Positions 12,518-19,825 of a stretch of 19,825 nucleotides of DNA are shown here, in pieces; the stretch's first letter is position 1, and every line of letters starts with the position of its first letter. Both the position numbers and the translations under genes were made by a program. Origin of the DNA: Ginkgo biloba (Eukaryota > Plantae > Ginkgophyta). The DNA is taken from contig JANKJI020000004.1 of the NCBI GenBank assembly GCA_024626585.2, forward strand, positions 80,617,597 through 80,637,421, in the 5' to 3' direction. The notes under the pieces are model-generated. The model saw only the letters and a list, made by a program, of their open reading frames with translations, searched no databases and had not been told where the DNA came from.

Positions 12518-12747
12518 ATTGGACATGTTCTTTAGTCACTATTTGACTATACTTTGGGCTATGATGGATAACAAATTCAAAGGGACGCAAAACCTCATTA
12601 TTGACGGAGAACTAAGGTGATGGATAAAACCATAGTCTGTTCTTTATATATTTATGTCATAAACATTTAGAGACTTAGGATGTGAGTCTTCTTTTATATC
12701 CAATGCAACTACAACGTGGCCTTTCATAGGCGCATTGGGTTCTTACC

Positions 12748-12860
12748 ATTTAAGGTATATTTGGGTCACCTTCCTTTTTATCCTATTAATTTTAGTATTG
12801 GATATTTATAATTTGAGGCATATTTGGGGAACCTTCCATTTTCTCTTACTGATTTAGTGT
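12748..12860 (+). repeat. Diverged tandem duplication (period 63) in the integrase C-terminal part
   Basis: atttaaggtatatttgggtcaccttcc (12748) versus atttgaggcatatttggggaaccttcc (12811). Confidence 0.8.
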
Positions 12861-13899
12861 TTTAGTTANNNNNNNNNNNNNNNNNNNNNNNNNNNNNNNN
12901 NNNNNNNNNNNNNNNNNNNNNNNNNNNNNNNNNNNNNNNNNNNNNNNNNNNNNNNNNNNNNNNNNNNNCTATTCATTTTTATTTTTTCTATAATTTTTAA
13001 AAATTATAATATTTTAGTCATTCCTATAATTTTTTATTTTTATCCATTTTTATTTTTCTATTATTGTATAAATTTTTAACATTTTTCTAAATTCTAATTT
13101 TTTATTATATTCCTATTTTATGCAAGAAATTTTTATTATCAAAGAACAAATTTCATAATTAATAATTTTTACAAATAATTTTGTAAAAAATATTTGTGCT
13201 TAGTTAGGATTCACAGATTAATTTACCCCAACCTACAACATAAAGTGAGTTTAACTAAATTCATTAAATGAACCTAGATCAAGATCACATTTTTCCTTCT
13301 ACGATACACTAATATTTTACAAGAATGGGATTTGTGTATTTAACTATCACACTATCAAACCATTCTACATGATAAATAAGCCTAATTTGGGATTGGGTGG
13401 GAGCCTTGTAAAAACTATAACCTTATGGGGTAGAAATCTAGTAGACATCAACTTATGGTTGGGAAATCCTATAAAGGTTAAGGATTGGATCCCTTTGGGT
13501 CACCTTGCATATGATGACATTTATTTAAGGGATGGGTATAGGGACATATGGATAAATGATCCTCCATTGGATTGGTTGATATATATTAGCACATTAGGAT
13601 TTTTTATTTTAGATTTCCCTTCTTAAGTGTTGGGATTCTCTAACTAAGGCCTTTTCCTTTGAGGCCTTATTATCTTAAGAATCTATGTCTCTCTCATAGT
13701 TCCCAATTGCCTTACTATTATCTACATCACATACTTAATATGATGAATTCATCCTCACTTGCATTTCATTTTCATCTTAATTTAATAAGGAACAATTAAT
13801 TCCACTTTGACATATTGCAAATACAATAATCCCCTTTGCCCATCATTGTCCATTTTAACAGGATATTTTTTTTCTCACTTTTTGTTATTTATGTTGTGT

Positions 13900-14520
13900 T
13901 TTATGTTTGGAGTACTCATTTGGTTTAACATTGGACACTTTTTTCTTATTTGATCAAGAAAAAAATTGTGCCCAACTAGACCATTGTCTAGTCTTATGCG
14001 CAAGAAGTGACCCTATAAGCTTATAAAACTTTCCATTAAGTTTTCTATGCATCTTAAAGGACTTCAACATTTAGGCATATTGAATCAAATTTCTTATTCT
14101 TCTTCCATATCCTCCACTAAGTATGATTCTAATAGGATTGACATTTCTACTAAACTTNNNNNNNNNNNNNNNNNNNNNNNNNNNNNNNNNNNNNNNNNNN
14201 NNNNNNNNNNNNNNNNNNNNNNNNNNNNNNNNNNNNNNNNNNNNNNNNNNNNNNNNNNNNNNNNNNNCTCTAGTGGTATTCCTATATAAACACGTAATTA
14301 TAAGGCTTTTCATAATCCATTATATGGGTTTTCTTCATCCCTCCATATGGTTGAAACATCCATCCATTACACCTACAACTATTCTTCTATGGATTCCATC
14401 ACAATGTAACACTTCACTGACAGAGTCATGAAAAATGTATCAACCAATTCCATTGTTGGTTTATATATTTTTGTCCATACCAAATCTCCCATCATGTCTA
14501 ATCAATGAGCCTATTTGATT
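13900..14520 (-). mobile_element. Highly degenerate Ty3/gypsy integrase relic
   Basis: Minus-strand GRFGMDK at about 14490 (GHFGxDKT-like), PIRIILS at about 14130 (PxSIVSD-like) and LLAHKTRQW at about 14000 (KPxQW-like), in the expected order. Confidence 0.45.
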
Positions 14521-15425
14521 CTAGTCCTTTAATCCACTCAAGAAACATCTCCAAGTCCTAGGTCTCTACATTCATATATGATTTCTTTTGTACCCACTTC
14601 TTATGTCCCCTCATAAAGTCCACCTCATACATCTCCATACACTACACTTTATACAACCAACCCAAATCAAGGGTCTAATGTATCTCTATAATCTAACTTT
14701 ACAATTTAAGGACCCATAGTTTCCTTGCTAAGAGGTTCTAGTCTCGTCAATTTCACATCCATTATGAAATAAATATTTCAATTTTAATTAAGTCTATCAT
14801 CATTTAAAACATCACCATCTAGTATCCCTATAGTTCCCATTTATGACCACCTCTTACACAATCCATTCCATTATCATATGTGACTGTGACAACTACTCTT
14901 CATTTTGATACTTCCACAATTATGCCTATACTATCCACAAAATTTAACCCTCATTAATTGACAACCCCTATTGTGTACCTAATCATAACTTAAGCCCGAA
15001 ATAGAAATCTATACATGGATTATAACTAGGATAGAGACTAGATAGTTAAAAATAATATTATATTAAGATAAAAGGGTAAAAATCCTAAAGAGGGAGGCTT
15101 AATAAGCCTAAATTTACCTTAATTAAGCCTTAAATAAAATGTGCCTACACTTAAGTGCTTAAACTAGGTTAATTAAGGAAAAAATACACCTCATCTCTAA
15201 GAGTTATGACTCTTATGTTGAGGCACCCTATTTTATATGAAAATAAAATATAAGAATTAGTCTAATACTCCATAAAGAACACATACACGTAAATCTTGTA
15301 TAATAGCTCTACTTTTAATTTCTCANNNNNNNNNNNNNNNNNNNNNNNNNNNNNNNNNNNNNNNNNNNNNNNNNNNNNNNNNNNNNNNNNNNNNNNNNNN
15401 NNNNNNNNNNNNNNNNNNNNNNNNN

Positions 15426-15493
15426 CATGTATGACAAGTGTTATTATGCGAATATGAATGAGAATAAGTACTCTGCATGTATGATAAGTGTTA
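15426..15493 (+). repeat. 18-bp near-perfect direct repeat (period 50)
   Basis: catgtatgacaagtgtta (15426) versus catgtatgataagtgtta (15476). Confidence 0.85.
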
Positions 15494-17005
15494 GAAGAAA
15501 GGTAGGTAGAGTAGGTGGATGTAGATAAAAGAATTAGAAAAAGAGAGAAAGGACCAAGGGATCGAGGTTCATAACATTTTACTTGTATTCAGTGGATAAG
15601 GTATCCTAGGTTGAGTGCTCCTAGCCATACTTGAGGTATTTTTATCTCTTACAGTTCAATCGCATAACTCACACAAATGAATTATAAAATTGACCAAATT
15701 CCTATTTAAATTTTGACTTTTTGGCTATATGTGCATCTTTCAAGAAGCATAACTTTAAAATCAAAGTTTATTTTTTGTAAAATTGTAGTCAATGAAACTA
15801 ATTGTTAATGTAGAATTTAAAAATATCACTTTTATTAGTTGTTAGTATTATTTTCTCAGATAATTTTATATATTTATCACTTTTAAGCTTATTTGGAAAA
15901 TGTACTCAATAATTCTTAGTGCACTAATACAATTTACATCTTTATATTTTAATATTTGATTTTCATTTACCATTTTTGTCGACGAAATTATTTTGATTAT
16001 ACACATTCTCTCATAAGTTGGCCTAAGTCTTTGTAGTGGTAGGAATATTATATTCACATATCAAGGCATATGTAGATCCCAAGCTATTATGAGTTTAAAG
16101 GGACATTCCCTTATTTCTTTTTTACATAAGTCATTCTTATGGTTTGTATTATACTTAGGGAAATGTTTTCCCTCATACTTGTATAGGAACTATTGGGGTT
16201 GAAACTACACCCAACCACTACTCTTGTTATGTAGGCATAGGATACTAATCCTTTACTTGTATCTTTATTATATAATCATCCATCATTTATAATACAAAGG
16301 AAGAGTACCCAATGCTACACCATAAATCTTTTAAATTTTGTTTCATATATTTAAAAAAAAGGTTGATGAAGAACCTAGATGGTGATGTTTTAAACGATTG
16401 GGTGCATTACATGATATCGAGACCTAACTTTAGGTTTATCTATACCATAAAATCATCTATACGTAATGGAGTGGATGAATATTGTAGAGAAAAAGTCAAA
16501 AGTCAAGAATAATGAGTGTCAAAGACGTAGAAGAAAAATAAAGTTAGGAAAAAAAAGAAAAAGAACCACAGAAGTAATATTAAGTTCATAAAGACTTTGC
16601 TCTTTGAATGGATTTTTTTGTATGTATTGATTCCCATATACATTCATTTAAGAACTACAATTGGTGGTTTCCTTATACTATAGAGATATATTTAAAAAAA
16701 TAACTAGAACATAATGGATTAAGAATACTATTATAGGGATGTGGAGATGGTCATGGGATGGGCTCAAGTAACTCTTTAGAAGATATTTATTGGAAGGAAT
16801 ACTAAATATTTTAATACTTCATAATGAATACATTATGATAAGAGAGATAACATCATGAAGAATAATAGAGTAATGGAGATAAATATCAACCATTATACAT
16901 AAAAAGTGAATAAGAAGAATGTCAATTTATCTTAGTATTATTTTTATTTATTTATTTATTTAATTATAATTATTATTTATTATATTTTTNNNNNNNNNNC
17001 AATAT

Positions 17006-17006
<1 letters not shown>

Positions 17007-17036
<30 letters not shown>
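17007..17036. repeat. (CA)15 microsatellite
   Basis: Perfect dinucleotide run. Confidence 0.97.
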
Positions 17037-17038
<2 letters not shown>

Positions 17039-17629
17039 ATCAAATTGACTTTGATATGGGGTTGAGATGTCATCTATCTTTGAGACCATTTTAAATGACC
17101 CTAAAATATGTTTCTAAAAAAATAAGATTTATAAATTTATGACTGTTATAATTGCACTGAGTGTCCCATATATAGATTACAAAATGGAAAGGGTGATTAT
17201 GAGGATAATTCTCTTCNNNNNNNNNNNNNNNNNNNNNNNNNNNNNNNNNNNNNNNNNNNNNNNNNNNNNNNNNNNNNNNNNNNNNNNNNNNNNNNNNNNN
17301 NNNNNNNNNNNNNNNNTACAAGATTTTAGAGGATATTAAGGGTTTTTTTTTTTTTTTTTTTTAATATCTAAGATAATTAAGTGTTGTTTTGTTGGGTTTT
17401 TTTCCCTAAAGGGTTTTCCATGGTAAAATTATCTTGTGTATTCTTGTGGATGTTCTCTTATTATTTTTTTTCTACATTATTTTAAAATTATGTTAGCATT
17501 TCTTCTCTTATATCGATTTATCATTTTTTCTTTAAATAAGTGGTTTAACATTTATTTAATTTATCTTTTATGTATATATTGTGAAACACAAATAAAAAGA
17601 GTGATTATATTACAATTTTATGGATATAG

Positions 17630-18150
17630 GATTTAAGTGATATGTGACTATCACTTGCTAGTTTATGTAATATTATTACAACAACATACTATTGGTATTT
17701 ATGTGAAGGTTGAGTTTCAATATTTAGATTATATTTTCAAGAACCAAAAAATTTTAGGAATGGAACTTTGTATCAGTTTGATATTGTGGATATTAAAGAT
17801 ATTACTTCAACTTTAAGTACTAGTTGATGCATTATATTATCTTCTTCATTTAGTAGAGAACCTTGTCATATNNNNNNNNNNNNNNNNNNNNNNNNNTTCT
17901 ATGGCCCTAATAAGGGAATTAGGAAAGTGAGATATTTTTATCAAATTTACATGTAATCCAAAATGGATAGAAATCCCTTTATCACTACTTCCTCATCAAA
18001 TAACTCAAGATATTCTTGATTCTACCACACATGTAATTCATTTGAAACTTACTGAACTAATTAAGACTTGATATAATGGCACATTATTTTTCATATAATT
18101 GATTATGTTTATATTATCAAGTTCTAAAATATAGTATCTCTCATGTACAT
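17630..18150 (-). mobile_element. Highly degenerate Ty1/copia RT C-terminus and RNaseH relic
   Basis: Minus-strand IKNILSYL/GSSDKGI at about 18020-17975 (VKRILRYLKGTxDxG-like, one frameshift), followed in order by weak KK...VE (SKKQ..STxEAE-like) and VTYHL (IDVRYHF-like) matches. Confidence 0.4.
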
Positions 18151-19208
18151 ATTTTACTAATATTTATTGTTGAAGATAAACCACAAAGTCCAAAAGATTA
18201 TAATAAAATTATTTGTATATATATTTTAGATCAAGTTTTGAATCCAAGTACATATACAATAATTATATCAACCATAATATAAGGACAACATGGTATAATG
18301 TGATGTGTCACAAGACACATTGAGGCCTTAACACTTGGTATCATGGAGTTCTAATCCTTAGAGGGATGTGAGATAATAGAATCTCTTTTGATTATTAATT
18401 TCTTTTATATTTATTATCTAATAGGAGTTATCTCCACCATTGGTTTCTCCTATTATGTGGCATAGTCTTATTGATGCACATGGCCTCNNNNNNNNNNNNN
18501 NNNNNNNNNNNNNNNNNNNNNNNNNNNNNNNNNNNNNNNNNNNNNNNNNNNNNNNNNNNNNNNNNNNNNNNNNNNNNNNNNNNNNNNNNNNNNNNNNNNN
18601 NNNNNNNNNNNNNNNNNNNNNNNNNNNNNNNNNNNNNNNNNNNNNNNNNNNNNNNNNNNNNNNNNNNNNNNNNNNNNNNNNNNNNNNNNNNNNNNNNNNN
18701 NNNNNNNNNNNNNNNNNNNNNNNNNNNNNNNNNNNNNNNNNNNNNNNNNNNNNNNNNNNNNNNNNNNNNNNNNNNNNNNNNNNNNNNNNNNNNNNNNNNN
18801 NNNNNNTTAGATTTAGTGCAAATATCTAATAGTGCATCTACACATGCGAAGCCACACATTTGCATGATAAATTTCTAATCTTTTTAAGGATAAGAAAAAA
18901 ATTATGGCACTCATTAGGAGAAAGTGTAGTACTTGATGTAGAAAAATATAATGCTTGGGAGAAGTCATATCACTCAACTATGTTCAACTCAAAGTTCATC
19001 CATAAGCCAGGATTTGTATTNNNNNNNNNNNNNNNNNNNNNNNNNNNNNNNNNNNGATTCATTGAGGTTACCTAGACCTCCTCCATATGTCTAAGATATT
19101 CATTTGATTGCATACTGTTGATTTATCTTGATGAGAAATGATTTGTTATTACTTCTTATTCCACGATAGTTTTCAAATTGTGGAATCTACTTGACATCTT
19201 GTATCAAT

Positions 19209-19220
19209 TGGTATCATAGT
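19209..19220 (+). promoter_or_regulatory. Primer-binding site complementary to the tRNA-iMet 3' end
   Basis: TGGTATCATAGT is 10/12 to the canonical TGGTATCAGAGC, lies 2 nt after an ATCA end and is upstream of gag. Confidence 0.7.
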
Positions 19221-19635
19221 AGTTCTTATCTAGGGTGAAAAGGTGCTTTATTATCATTTTATTCTAAAATATTATTTTTTGTTATGTTTTATTTATTATG
19301 GTCAACACTAGATCCATGCAAAGGAATACAATCTGAGTCAAGGGAATGGATCCTCTATTTGATCAAGTTAAGAATGATATTATTACATCTCTAATACATC
19401 CATTCATCATGAGGATGCCTTTATAAGATGAATGAATCAACTGATACAACTCAATGACTATAAGGAAGGAACTATTAAGAGTAGAATGGATCATATGAAG
19501 CTCATGGTTTCTGAGATGAAGAGATAACAAAATAAAACACAACATATGGTAATCAAGCTTGTGATCCTTATGGATTAATTTTAATCTCAACATATGAAAT
19601 TAAATTTGAATCCTATGGGTTCAATATCTTCTTCT

Positions 19636-19653
19636 CCTCCTCCTCCTCCTCCT
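19636..19653. repeat. (CCT)6 microsatellite
   Basis: Perfect trinucleotide run just upstream of the gag motif. Confidence 0.9.
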
Positions 19654-19825
19654 TTTTATTATCATGTTGGCACTTTTATTTCATAAGCTCTATCTTCCCC
19701 TATTGTCAATACGACCTTTGGATAGAATCCTTTTTTAATGGAATTTAAGGTGGATATTAATTTTTTTGATGGAAGTATGGATGCCAAATCCTTAGAATCA
19801 TGGATTCAATCTTTGGAAGTTTATT

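Larger units (their letters stand above)
9650..12868 (+). mobile_element. Degenerate Ty3/gypsy LTR retrotransposon internal region (gag-PR-RT-RNaseH-INT), CRM-like
   Basis: Protease-region DEIICDVVTMD..LLGSP at about 10190-10240. RT at 10680-11050: LKKGHI*TSSSP, LVLKKDDTW, KTTFK, LYEWLIMPLGM and YLDA (YLDD decayed, 11034-11045). RNaseH LDYATYYK at about 11740. Integrase DG..KVMDKTIV and YNVAFHRRIGFLPFKVYLG at about 12600-12770. The domain order is that of gypsy. The gag assignment is weak, LTRs are not delimited, and continuity across the gap at 11072-11171 is assumed. Confidence 0.85.
19056..19825 (+). mobile_element. 5' part of a second CRM-like Ty3/gypsy element: LTR 3' end, PBS, leader and gag start (runs off the window)
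   Basis: LTR-like end ...tgtatCA at 19206, a 2-nt spacer, then a PBS. 19741-19824 translates to EFKVDINFFDGSMDAKSLESWIQSLEVY, like the CRM gag N-terminus (KVxIPxFxGxxDxExxxxWxxxLExYF). The LTR start is not resolved because of gaps. Confidence 0.7.

Noticed and set aside
13369-13626. 85-aa ORF with a short imperfect repeat (TLWGRN/NLWLGN)
   Set aside because: No domain is recognisable; it is probably LTR or UTR-type repeat sequence.
11350-15493. Spaced short direct repeats as a CRISPR-like array
   Set aside because: There are only two good copies per motif, the motifs are unrelated, the context is eukaryotic TE sequence and no cas genes are present.
15660-16020. AT-rich stretch reminiscent of a non-autonomous DNA element interior
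   Set aside because: No termini, TIR or TSD could be defined.
16590-16900. Possible plus-strand copia integrase relic (IGG.., NNRVME resembling QNGVAE)
   Set aside because: The matches are too weak and fragmentary to support a call.
18336-18347. Second PBS-like TGGTATCA after taaCA
   Set aside because: Only 8 nt match and no supporting gag or LTR is visible before the gap.
18428-18878. ORFs of 129-145 aa, and other X-rich ORFs in the track
   Set aside because: They are open only because they cross N-runs.

Overview
This is AT-rich land-plant nuclear DNA from a gappy draft assembly (about 17 N-runs), and it is mostly decayed transposons. The only intact coding sequence is one 915-bp internal exon (2394-3308, + strand) from the N-terminal, non-kinase region of a plant-specific DYRK-family (DYRKP) kinase. 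A degenerate minus-strand L1-clade LINE ORF2 surrounds it in two colinear halves: endonuclease and linker at about 3625-4975, reverse transcriptase at about 280-2037. The break points between the halves carry imperfect inverted repeats and a near 9-bp direct repeat, so the exon appears to sit inside a Pack-MULE-like DNA transposon inserted into the LINE. A 100-N gap inside that segment is the main caveat. Downstream lie a degenerate CRM-like Ty3/gypsy element (gag-PR-RT-RH-INT, about 9.65-12.87 kb), a minus-strand gypsy integrase relic, a probable copia relic, the LTR end, PBS and gag start of a second CRM-like element, and simple repeats. I found no RNA genes, CRISPR arrays or prokaryotic systems. 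All family calls come from motif recognition by eye, not from database searches.
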